DNA of 64,000 nucleotides, from the NCBI GenBank assembly GCA_019828565.1, contig JAHDYR010000015.1, positions 423,605 to 487,604 of the forward strand, written 5' to 3'. This document shows, piece by piece, positions 43,381-54,130 of this stretch. The notes under the pieces were generated by a model. That model saw only the letters and a list, made by a program, of their open reading frames with translations, was not told where the DNA came from and ran no database searches. This DNA comes from Carpediemonas membranifera BICM. Taxonomy: Eukaryota; Protista; Fornicata. A program made the translations under genes and the position numbers. The stretch's first letter is position 1. Every line of letters starts with the position of its first letter.

Positions 43381-46300
43381 CCCGTTTGCCTTGAGCTCGG
43401 CAACAATGTCTATCCTTGATGGCGTCGTGGCGCTTAGTGGTCTTGGCGTTGCCATGGAGGCACTTGCAGGACACAACGTGTTCAGGGGTGGCAGCGCAGA
43501 GCTTCGGGGAGGCGCCCTCAACGACGCAGCCGTTGGCCGTATTCGTCACTGATCTCAGCGCACAAATAGGGCAGTACCGCACATGCGGAACGAAGGTCGG
43601 CAGACCCAGCTGCTTCCTAATGGCGGCCTGGAGGGGCCGGCCCGTCAGGTTGGTCGAAGGGTCGTGGTGCCGGAGGGGATCAAAGCTGATAGCCCTTCCG
43701 ATGACATTCGGTTAGGCGTCGACCGTTGTCTCCTTGGCAATATTGATCAGAAGTTTCTCCACCAAGATAGACTGCGTCTTGCCGGGCAGGGCCAGAAGTT
43801 CATCCTTCGAGGCCGGCCAGCCATTGAAAATGCCATGGCACTCCCGCTCGACCGTGGCAAGGGTCGAAGAGAGCCCATAGTCCTCCCCGAGAGTCGCCAG
43901 CTGACGCACAGCAACCAAGCGCGCGCAGGGCCAGACAACTGTAGGGAGCTGGAGGGAGAGACCGCCTGCCTTCATGGGCAAGGCGAGGGTAAGCAGTCCC
44001 GAGGTTGGGATCTCGCGGTCGAGGATCTTCGAGAGGCAGCGCAGGAGGGGCCCCTCGCAGAAGGCCTGGGCGGCCGCAATGCATCCCTGGGTCGGGTCGA
44101 TGTTACGCATGACGTGTGACAGCTTCGGTAAGACGCAATATTTCACCATCGCGAGTGCAGGGCCCACGCCCGCTACTCCGACTGTGGCAATGAAATCGCT
44201 GAGGGCTTCAAGAGTTTCCTCAGCCTTCGTCAACATCTCAGACGTCTTCTTGATGACGTAGCCGTCCGGGCCGATGGGGACGCCGGTCACGACATGCTGC
44301 CCCTTCCGCTTGATGTGGCCGGGGCGGCCTGTGTTGGTGTCCTTACCGAAACCCTTAACCACGACACGGCACTTGTCCGGGTTAAGTGTCAGCCCGACCT
44401 GGGCGAATAGTTCTTTGACCGCGGCCGCTAGTTCGTTGGCAGCCGACACTGTAGTCAGAATGTACGAATCATCCTGGTACGCGACCACGCGGACATCATG
44501 GACGGACCTGATGCGGTCTAGAACTGGCTTCATGGCAAGAGAGAAGAGCATAGGTGAAAGCGGGTCTCCCTGCTGGACGCCTTCCTCAGACCGGAGAACC
44601 ACTCCGGACGTCGAGAAGAGGAGGGCGCGGCTGTATTGGCCACGAAGGTAGTTGGAGATGGCAGGGCAGTAGGCCCTCACACACCTGGCTAAGTAGTCTC
44701 TAGAGACGGTATTATAGGCGTTCGTGAGGTCCAACGACAGGACTGCCCCGCCGTCGTCATAGTGCTGACGCATCACCTGATTAAAACGAATTCTCGAATA
44801 CCCGTCGTTTACGCCACAGTGATTAATCACTCCCTATGGCTACGAAATTCGACGTAAGTTCCCTTCCACTGCTCAACTCCGCCGCGAAGGAATACAAGCG
44901 GGAACTTCCTCATGCAAGATTTCCTACATCGTTCCTCAGATGCCTAAGCATCAGCTCGCAGGAGTTCTTACGGGCCAATTGGAGACCCACCTCTGATTAT
45001 AAGACCTTCGAGGACCTAGAAGACGATGTATGTCCCGATGCGGTAATCCGCAGCGCCATTAGGCGCGAGATGAAGCTCTCACTTCCCATCACGCCCCCAA
45101 GCACCTCCACGCCACCCCCCAAGCAGGCAGTAGCCCGTCTAACCGCCGCTCTCGAAGAAGACCTGTTTATGCTCGCTGAAGCGGCGGCCGCGGCCTTTCC
45201 TGAAGGCCCGATGGCCGCGGCTGCACAGCGCCGCGCAGAAGCCGTATTCACGGCTGCAGTAGCCGAGATCGACCACAACGCCCCGGTTTATGTGCCCCTC
45301 ATCAACAAGTTCAACCCAGATGTCCCCTCCGCGACGACGAGTACGTCGCCGAGGTCAACGCAGCCCTGGCCCCACCCAAGCCGCCCGATGACGAGGCTGC
45401 CGCCACCAACAACTCCGACACGTCCAGTGACGAGTCCGACTGGGACGACGTCACCGACATTCGCGCCTACCTCCATGACGAGGCCGACGACATCGTAGCC
45501 GCCTGCTCCGTCACACTCATGCCGTCCCTGGACGTCGGCGCGCGCATCAAGTCCATCAACCTTCCCGGTGCACTCTATGGCAAAGCATCCAAACATCGCT
45601 CAACTATTGCCGCTTTGCGCGAGTTCATCGATCTCGTGAACACTGATGCTTCTGCTCCTGCACTGCAAGCCATTCCTTGGAAGGTTCTCGCCGCAAGAGT
45701 CAGAGAGCTTGCACTTAAGGGATTCTCCGCCGAAGCAAAGGACTATTTCGACTCCTACATCATAGATGATGCAGAGGACATCGATGACGTCCTTGATAAC
45801 CTTAGGGACCTCAAAGAGGACCACGACGGTTACATCGTCGTTCCTTGGAGAGCATTCCGCACCGGCCAGCCCCCCGCAACCCCACGGTGAGCAAGCGACA
45901 GGCGGATCCCGCACACGCAAACCCATAGCCCGCAAGATCAGCGGCCCAGACCCGTATGTCCAGCTGAAAGACAAGGCGAACTACTACATCAACCCCACCT
46001 TCCGCCACTTCTGCGACTACCACGGATACAACTCGTCCCACGTCACTCAGGCGTGCCCTCATCTGAAGACACAGCGCAGTGCCGCCCCCCAACCATCGCG
46101 TCCTATTCAACCAGCTGTTGTGGTGCCAAGCCCAAGAAGGCCCCTGGCCACCACAACAACCCTGACCGACCTGCAACAACGACCACCCAAGCGCCCAAAC
46201 GCAACGCGAGAGCCCCTAACCCAGCGGCAGGCTGGACGCGAAACAAGGAGACGAACCGGCTCGAGCGCCTTAGTCAATCCATCAACGAGGTCGACATAGA

Positions 46301-48713
46301 CGCCGAGTCCGACACCGATGAGTCAATCGACGAAGTCGACACGTCAGCGCAGCGCGAAAACATCGGTAAGCCGATCTACCACGACATCCTCGTCAACGGC
46401 ACGAGACTGCGGGCGAAGCTCGACCCGGCAGCCGCCAAGACCTGTATCTCGGAGGCCACGTTCGCCACGCTGAAGGAGGCCGGCCCGGTAATGATCACAA
46501 ATCATGCTTACACGCTGAAGAGCGACCTTGCGAGGACACCACCGCCGTCATAGCCGAGCTCGTTATCGACGGCATCGTACCAAACGCTGTCGAGCTGACG
46601 TGGACCGTACCAGTCATCTCCGGGGAGGCCCACAAGTTCCTGTTCGGGGCAGACCTCCTCCGGCACCTAGGCCTCATGTCGGACACGGGCATCAACATTC
46701 AGCTACCACCGTCAGCGGAGGACCCCGCCGACGATGTCACACCGGCCCAGAATCAATACATCGACGAGGTTGACTCGGAGACTGACGACCTGCCGGACGA
46801 CGTCTCGTCCTTCGCCACGCCAACCTTCGACATTGACCCCTCGTTCCCTCTACACGACGAGCTACTCGCTGTGCTCCAGGCCAACGCCGACGTCTTCGAC
46901 CCCAAGCTGCCTCTCGGCGGCGCCGACATCGCGGAAGCCACCATTGACCTGAAGCCGGACGCCATTCTGCCACAAGCCAACCCACGCGGCATCCGCGCCG
47001 ACTGGCTTCCCGAGATCAAGCGACAGCTCCATGAAATGTACGAAGCCCAGCTCATCCGCGACGCACACGGCCCAGTCTCTAGCCCGGCTGTGATTGTCCA
47101 GAAGAAGCCCGACGCGGACGGACGCCGCCCACTACGACTTTGCGCAGACTACAGGGCCCTCAACGAGGCAACTGTGACTGACGCTTTCCCCATGACAGAT
47201 ACCCGCACGCTCATCAAGGACCTCGTCGGCAGCAAGTACTTCTTCGGTCTAGACCTTCGCCAAGGGTTTCACCAGATGCCATTGAAGGATGCCCACCGTT
47301 ACCTGTCCGCGGTGCGGGTCCCGGGCGAGTTTTTCGAATATATGGTCGCCCCGTTTGGCCTAAAGAACCTCCCCGCACAATTCCAGCGGGCCATCGCCAA
47401 CGTCCTGCGCCCGGTATACTCAGAGGGCGTCAGGAACTACATAGACGACATCTTTGCTGGCGCGCCATCGCCCGAGGTACTCGTCATGCGCACCCAGCGC
47501 ACGCTCGCTCTACTCAGTGACAAGAACATCAGGCTGCGCGCCGAGAAGTGTCATTTTGGCTACCAGACTCTCGACTGTCTCGGCGAGATCGTCTCCGAAC
47601 ACGGTCGTCGCCCTCAGCCCTCACGCATTGACACGATCAAGAGCCTCCCACGCCCGACGACCACGCACGAGGTACGTCAGATCCTCGGCCACATCAACTA
47701 CGTGGCAGATTTTATCCCTGACTGCCAGCGCATCCTAGCGCCCATCAATGGCCTCCTCCGCAAGGACGCCAAGGTCGTGTGGACTTCAGCACACCAAGAG
47801 GCTATCGCGGCTGTTCTGACACAGCTCGCCTCTGAGGAGTCACTCGCCATACCAGACCTCTCCAAACCCTGGCGCCTCGAGACGGACGCTAGTCTCCTCG
47901 GCCTAGGCGGCATACTGCTACAACAGCAAACGCCCACAGACTGGAGAGTCGTCGCCTACTTCTCCAAGGCGTTCTCGGACGTTCAACAAAGATGGAGCAC
48001 CTACGACCAGGAGATGTATGCTCTGATATACTGTCTGACACGTCCTGACATGTACTCTCTCTTCCTGGGCCACCCCGATCTGACCGTGTTCACCGACCAT
48101 AAGAATCTGATGGCACTCCACCGCATGGCCGCTCACAATCGGAAGCATCGCCGATGGCTACTGTCGTTCTTGGAGTTCAGACTCAAGATCCACCACGTCC
48201 CGGGCGAGTCACGGCCGACTTCTTAAGCCGTTTGTACGGCAATTGCAAGTGCGTAAACGAAGAGTGTTTAATAGGGGGTTTAGACCACATATGCATAAAT
48301 GGCCGAAACCAAATATCTGTATCTAATTCTGTATCTATAAATATATCTTGCGATATTGCTATCTATGGCCGTGGTAGGGTATGATAGCAACAGTGCCTCC
48401 CTCTTCTTTTTTCTTTGGAGGTATTGGAGCTCTCTTTGCGCTTATACTTTTGCATAAATGCGTAGCGTAATTCTTTGAGGCATTTGGGGATGAGAATCGG
48501 TATTTGTACAATGAAGGTAGTACTAAGCAGCTATCAGTATGTTACCTTCAAATCACGTGTTATTGAGCCTCAACAACGCTTCGTTGGCGAGTTCTGGCCG
48601 ATTTTTCCTTCTGTTGGCGGAAAGCTGCAAGTGACGCCTCAAAACCTTGTCGAAACATCTAAATAACAACATCAGTGTCTTTGAAGGGCTCAATGACCGC
48701 TATTGCTGTGCTT

Positions 48714-51700
48714 TTAGCGTTTAATTTTTCCTTCTAGCTCAGGATGCTGAGTGAAGTACTTGTCGATAGCCTCGAGGGATCTAACCTCGGACCATGGGAG
48801 CCATGAGGCCTCTTCAGGCTCAAAGCCTGCCCATTGCACTTCAAACTCATAGCCAGACTTGGTCTTTCTGTGGGCTGAGACCTCTGAAACTATGAACTCG
48901 TCGCTGTCAGTCGCGGCTAAGGCCTTCAGCTCCCTCAGTGTCAACGAGCCTCGCTCAAAAGGATGGCATCTGGAGGTGTGGACTCGCAGTGACTTGTGGG
49001 TGTTCAGGTCTTCTACAATGAGAGTTGCAGGGGTGTTGAACTCATTGCACTCATACCCGGTGACGCGTAGTGGGCCACGGTACCGTGCTACTGTCTTGGT
49101 TGGTCTAAAGGATGGATAGCTCAGTAGGATGTACTCAGGCAGAGCGGGGGTGATGCGTCCAGTGGCTTGGGACAGCACGGCTTGTACACGTTCAGCCTGT
49201 TTCGACTTAGCGGTGGCTATGGCGGCTTCGGCTGCTCGTCTCAGGTTGAGAGGTGTATCAGAAGCAGGGTTTCCTAGGACAAGCTCGCGGCCGAAGACAA
49301 TCTCGATCGGGGACACGCCAAGTGACGCGTGTCTCGCGGAATTGAGTATTGCTTGCACGAAAGGGATGTGCTGGGACCAGCGATCAAGATGCTTGATCTC
49401 CAATCTCCTCGCCATCATATGAGCGTTGATCTCGCGGTTAACTCTCTCCACAATACCATTGCTCTGGTGATGGTATGGTGCGGTGAAATGAAGATCGACG
49501 GCATGGCGGTCGCAAAGCCTGGCGAAGGTGTTGTTCTTAAACTGAGACCCGCTGTCTGTGATAATCCTCCTTGGAACTCCGTGGCGCAGGAACCAATGAT
49601 TAACCACGCACGAGGCTGCTTCCTCGGCTGTTGTCGATCGGATAGGGGTCATCTCGACGTATCTGGAGAACAAGTCTACCATAACTAGGATGTGTTGGAA
49701 CTCGCCGTCGATGGGGTAGGGTCCCATCGTATCAATGCAGAGTGTATCCATAGGGAATGGTGCCTGGAGGGTCAGGTCAAATGACGACATCGGTCTGGTC
49801 GGGACAGTCTTCTGGCAGACGGGGCAGTGTGATATGACATCTGCGACAGCTTGTCTCATGCTGGGCCAGGCGTGGCCATTGGCGCGCAGCTGCTGTACTG
49901 TTCTGTTCACAGAGAGATGTAGGCCGCCGAGTGTATGGTGCTCCTTGATAGAGGCTGCGTGTGGGTTCTCCTCGGAGTTGGTCAAGGCTGTGCACACTCG
50001 GGATAGTCCATCAGCGGCACCGTTTGCGATACCTGGTACATGGATCACGTCATAGCTGAACTGTTCAAGGAGGAGGCTCCATCTTGCCACCTTGGCGTTA
50101 GCACTTTGGTGCATTCGAGTGAGATTGTGGTGGTCAGTGGCAATTGTGAAGTGTGCCCAGCGGAGATAGCGTTCGGCTTTGGACAGGCAATAAACTACCG
50201 CATACATCTCTTTCTCGATCGTGGGCCAACGCTTTTGGGCGCCGGTGAGTGCTTTGGACAGGTACATCAGAGGTTTGTCGTCCTGAAGCAGGACTCCTCC
50301 CACACCGTAGTCGGACGCGTCAGTGATGAGTTTCAGCTTGGCTCTCGGGTTATAGTGTACAAGAGTCGGGGCAGACGTGAGGCGGGATATGATGGTATCA
50401 AAGGCTGACTGGGCCTCGTGCGTCCATGAGAACTGTTTGTGTTTGGTGATCTCGTATAGTGGAGCTGATATAGTGGCGAAGTCGCTTCCGAGGTAGTCAT
50501 GGAAGAAGTTGACTAGGCCGAGGAAGGAGCGGACTCCGGATACTGTTGACGGGGGCTTCATCTTCGTGAGGGCATCGATCCGGGCTGGGTCTATCTGTTT
50601 CCCTTCTGGTGTGATGAGCCACCCTAGATACTCAAACTTCCTGAGTCCAAATTGAGACTTGTCGAGATTGACGCGAAGATTCAGCTCTCGGCAGCGTTGT
50701 AGGACCTCTTTGATGTTAGCGATGAGGTCATCCTCGCACTCTGCGAAGATTACAACATCATCTTGGTAAACCAGGCACTTGGAGTAGAGGAGCGTGTCTA
50801 GGGCTGTCTCCATTGCGTATTGGAAGTGGCTGCCGGCCTGCTTTAGGCCGAATGGGAGCCGGGAGTAGCGAAATCTACCAAGGTGGGTGGTGAAAGTGGT
50901 GAAGTCGCGTGATGCTGGGTCAACTGCGATCTGATGGTACCCTGATGATAGGTCGATGGTGGCAAAGAAGCGCTTACCAGCAAGATGATCAAGTGTTTCG
51001 TCTATCCTGGGGAGAGGGAAGTCAAAATCTACTGTCTCTGCGTTCAAGCGGTGATAATCCACGCACATGCGGGTCTTGGCGGTGTCTTTCTTGCTCACGA
51101 TGACCACAGGAGATCCCCAAGGGCTGGAGCAGCGCTCAATGATGCCTAAGGCTAGGAGCTTGGTAACATGAGCTTCTATCTCTTGCTGCTTCCATGTTGG
51201 TGCCGGATAGGGCCGTGAGGAACACAACTTATATCCATCCTTGAGCTGAAGGGAGAATGGTCTGAGTTTTGATGGTTCGAGGGTTAAATCACCGAAAACA
51301 TCGCTGAACTGTTCGATAATTGACTTATAGCGATCGGGCACCACACCAGCGCATGATAACGACCGATCTAAAGCGTCAACTGAGTCCTCAATATGTTCGC
51401 TAGGTAGTGATGGATTAATAAGGAGATCGACGAGACCGAGCCTACACATTGCTGGAAAGCCAATGATGACGTCAAAAGGGGATTCTTCCAGGACGTAACC
51501 TTCGAACATAGTGGACAGGGAGTAGTGGAAAATCTCATTAGGTGGGAGTGTAAGGTCAACCGACGCAGACCCCAACGTCTCCACCCACTGGTTGTTGGCC
51601 AGTTGTAAACGATGGCTGTGTGGTGAAATCTTACTGACAACATGGCGGGCCAGCAAGTTGTGTGATGATCCTGTATCCAGGAGTACGGTCACCTTGGTAT

Positions 51701-51755
51701 TTCCTATCACACCGGCGCATGAAAGGACAGAGGAGTTAAGAAGGGCAGAATGACA
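48714..51755 (-). CDS. pol: G6 Pol (uninterrupted PR-RT-RH-IN-chromodomain)
   Basis: LLDTGSS, IDLSSGYHQ/YQDD, ITDAS, DTMGP/TDSG, VQWAGFEPEEASW; same frame as gag, after one TGA. Confidence 0.96.
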   Translation of the reverse strand, partial: CHSALLNSSVLSCAGVIGNTKVTVLLDTGSSHNLLARHVVSKISPHSHRLQLANNQWVETLGSASVDLTLPPNEIFHYSLSTMFEGYVLEESPFDVIIGFPAMCRLGLVDLLINPSLPSEHIEDSVDALDRSLSCAGVVPDRYKSIIEQFSDVFGDLTLEPSKLRPFSLQLKDGYKLCSSRPYPAPTWKQQEIEAHVTKLLALGIIERCSSPWGSPVVIVSKKDTAKTRMCVDYHRLNAETVDFDFPLPRIDETLDHLAGKRFFATIDLSSGYHQIAVDPASRDFTTFTTHLGRFRYSRLPFGLKQAGSHFQYAMETALDTLLYSKCLVYQDDVVIFAECEDDLIANIKEVLQRCRELNLRVNLDKSQFGLRKFEYLGWLITPEGKQIDPARIDALTKMKPPSTVSGVRSFLGLVNFFHDYLGSDFATISAPLYEITKHKQFSWTHEAQSAFDTIISRLTSAPTLVHYNPRAKLKLITDASDYGVGGVLLQDDKPLMYLSKALTGAQKRWPTIEKEMYAVVYCLSKAERYLRWAHFTIATDHHNLTRMHQSANAKVARWSLLLEQFSYDVIHVPGIANGAADGLSRVCTALTNSEENPHAASIKEHHTLGGLHLSVNRTVQQLRANGHAWPSMRQAVADVISHCPVCQKTVPTRPMSSFDLTLQAPFPMDTLCIDTMGPYPIDGEFQHILVMVDLFSRYVEMTPIRSTTAEEAASCVVNHWFLRHGVPRRIITDSGSQFKNNTFARLCDRHAVDLHFTAPYHHQSNGIVERVNREINAHMMARRLEIKHLDRWSQHIPFVQAILNSARHASLGVSPIEIVFGRELVLGNPASDTPLNLRRAAEAAIATAKSKQAERVQAVLSQATGRITPALPEYILLSYPSFRPTKTVARYRGPLRVTGYECNEFNTPATLIVEDLNTHKSLRVHTSRCHPFERGSLTLRELKALAATDSDEFIVSEVSAHRKTKSGYEFEVQWAGFEPEEASWLPWSEVRSLEAIDKYFTQHPELEGKIKR

Positions 51756-52583
51756 TCACGTCGCAGGATTTACACGATCCTTTGACACATCATCTGCGCG
51801 CTTCTTGCGGCACTCGGTGGCGACGTGGCCGACCTTTTTGCAATACCCGCACAACGGTAGACCCTTCTTCTTTGCAAAGCACTCGTCTTCAGTGTGTCCT
51901 TTCTTGCTGCAATAGGAGCACTTACTGGGCTGGGTGTTGGGTCGTTTTGTGGGCTGATGTTCAGCCGGGCGGGCAGATCTCACGACAGGGCCTTTCTGGG
52001 TGAAGGGTAGGGCGATCTTCAAGGCACGCTCTACGGCATGTGCGTGTTGTATCGCGAGAGCAAAGGTGTCATTGAGGGACTTGTCCTTCGTGATACCGAT
52101 CAGTTGGTCGTGGAATGCGTGGATGTGAGAGAAACCACGGATGAAGGCTTCGCGAACCGTGTAGGTGCCGACATCGGCCTCAGGTATGATCTCCAGCAGT
52201 GTTCTAAACAGTTGGACGAAGCTGACGACGTTGGCAGGGCTGCGACCCTTTGCCTTGCGGTTGAAGGCGTCTGCTTTCGAGAACTGATCTTCGGGGGTTA
52301 CATGGGAGAAAACGGCTTCACGAGCGGCCTTATCCTTGTTCTTCTTGCGGAGCTTGCTTCTTGTCTTTTCGTCGGCGTCGTCGGGGAAATCAGGATCAGG
52401 GACGGAGGAAAGGCGGAAGGGTTTGCCTGACATCTCAAGCTCGCGGAGGACGTTCTTCGAGAGTAGCTTATGGAAGCGTACCTTCGAATGGCGAAGGGAG
52501 TAGTCCGCGAGGTCCATCATAAACGTTAAGACGGCGGTAAGCGACAGGATGCTCAAAACGGGTGTGTCTTTCGTACTAATCAT
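51756..52583 (-). CDS. gag: G6 Gag
   Basis: CSYCSKKGHTEDEC and CGYCKKVGHVATEC. Confidence 0.93.
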   Translation of the reverse strand: MISTKDTPVLSILSLTAVLTFMMDLADYSLRHSKVRFHKLLSKNVLRELEMSGKPFRLSSVPDPDFPDDADEKTRSKLRKKNKDKAAREAVFSHVTPEDQFSKADAFNRKAKGRSPANVVSFVQLFRTLLEIIPEADVGTYTVREAFIRGFSHIHAFHDQLIGITKDKSLNDTFALAIQHAHAVERALKIALPFTQKGPVVRSARPAEHQPTKRPNTQPSKCSYCSKKGHTEDECFAKKKGLPLCGYCKKVGHVATECRKKRADDVSKDRVNPAT

Positions 52584-52744
52584 ACAGAAATATTTCTGTA
52601 CGGCAATTGCAAGTGCGTAAACGAAGAGTGTTTAATAGGGGGTTTAGACCACATATGCATAAATGGCCGAAACCAAATATTGCTCTTTTACTCTAAAAAT
52701 GAACATCATTTTGATTAGGCCTGGAACTTTTTGATTGACGACAG

Positions 52745-53194
52745 ATGGTGAGAACTGTAACGTGTAGCCTGTGCAGCTGCAAGAACCACAACAGGGCTGG
52801 ATGCCCATTCAAAGATGTTTTATCTACAGCTGAGGATGGTAATGTTGATAACTCCGCGATAACACAGGGAATGAGGACGTTGGTGGAGAACTCGGAGATT
52901 GCACGGGCTCTCCCTGGAAGGATGATTGCCGCATGGGCATTCGAGATCATGCGAGGACATGCCACTGTCGCTAATCCTCCCGCCGGTCTCCTGAAGCCGC
53001 ACTCGACGCCCTCATCCTCTGACTATCAGCCTGCACCGCGGAGAGAAGTGTCGCACGGCTTTATCTCCATCCCAGTGAAGCCCGAGTGGTACTCTCGCGT
53101 TATCTCGTTCCTTGCGTCTATGGAGGAAGCAGAGCGCAGCGAACCTTCTCAGCCAGCTCTATCTGTTGCATCCAGCCAAGAATTGAGAGAATAA
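52745..53194 (+). CDS. Accessory protein of the DNA transposon with an N-terminal CCHC zinc knuckle
   Basis: CSLCSCKNHNRAGC fits C-x2-C-x4-H-x4-C; fills the space between the TIR and the transposase stop. Confidence 0.7.
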   Translation: MVRTVTCSLCSCKNHNRAGCPFKDVLSTAEDGNVDNSAITQGMRTLVENSEIARALPGRMIAAWAFEIMRGHATVANPPAGLLKPHSTPSSSDYQPAPRREVSHGFISIPVKPEWYSRVISFLASMEEAERSEPSQPALSVASSQELRE

Positions 53195-53200
53195 ACAGCT

Positions 53201-54130
53201 TTAATGGGAATATCCATGCTTCTCGTAGAGACCTCTTATGTTTTTCTTGGCAACGTCATCAAAGGCGGCGAGTATTGCCGGCAAACGCCCCATGTCCTTA
53301 AAGTGCGTGTGAACAAACGCCTTGATCCACGCGAACACAACCTCGATTGGGTTCAAGAATGGCGAATACTTAGGGAGGAAGACGATGCGGACATCATAGA
53401 GTTGCATTAGGGCGTCAAGCTTGCCCTTGAGTGCGTGTATGGAGGCATTGTCCATCACGAGGACGCACCCCGGTATCATCCCCAGCAACTCTATGGTATT
53501 GTCTAGAAACTTGTCAGCAGTAAATGTACCTGTCGTTATGACTCTGTGCTTGATCCCTTCGACGCCAAGAGTCGCGCACACCGAGTAACGCTGGCCGACC
53601 GGGCCACCCTTGCGGCAAGCATATGTACTAACGCCTTTTGGGCCGCGCACTCGCTTGACCGCCAGGTGACGGGGGTCGAAGCTAGTCTCGTCGAGGAAGA
53701 AGACTTGATCGGTGGAATAGTACGGGGCAATCTCCGTTGCGTAGAATGAACGGAAACGCCAGGCTTCCTCTGGATTCCTTTCCATCCATCTGGTGTCACC
53801 GACCTTGAGCGTAAGCTTCTCTTTGTGTAGTATCGTCTGGGAGAGGCTGGATAGCGATACTGAAATACCGAACTTCAGCTGCACGACAGTGGCTATGTCG
53901 CTAAGCCGAGCAGCCGGATTCTGGAGAACATAGTCACGTACATACTTCGTCACTTCTGGGCTCATCTTGGTAGCTGGTCTCACTCTCTTTCCAGAGCATT
54001 TCGCTCTATTGGCCTTGATATCATAGATGACATTGCGGCAACGGCCCGTTACGCGTGCAATGTTTGCTATTGACATTCCACTTCCGAGAAGTGTTGCTAT
54101 GTTCAGTCTCTCTGAATCAGTTACGACCAT
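53201..54130 (-). CDS. DD35E transposase (IS630-like)
   Basis: N-terminal HTH; FLDETSF; VMDNASIH; LPKYSPFLNPIE (35 residues between D and E). Confidence 0.95.
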   Translation of the reverse strand: MVVTDSERLNIATLLGSGMSIANIARVTGRCRNVIYDIKANRAKCSGKRVRPATKMSPEVTKYVRDYVLQNPAARLSDIATVVQLKFGISVSLSSLSQTILHKEKLTLKVGDTRWMERNPEEAWRFRSFYATEIAPYYSTDQVFFLDETSFDPRHLAVKRVRGPKGVSTYACRKGGPVGQRYSVCATLGVEGIKHRVITTGTFTADKFLDNTIELLGMIPGCVLVMDNASIHALKGKLDALMQLYDVRIVFLPKYSPFLNPIEVVFAWIKAFVHTHFKDMGRLPAILAAFDDVAKKNIRGLYEKHGYSH

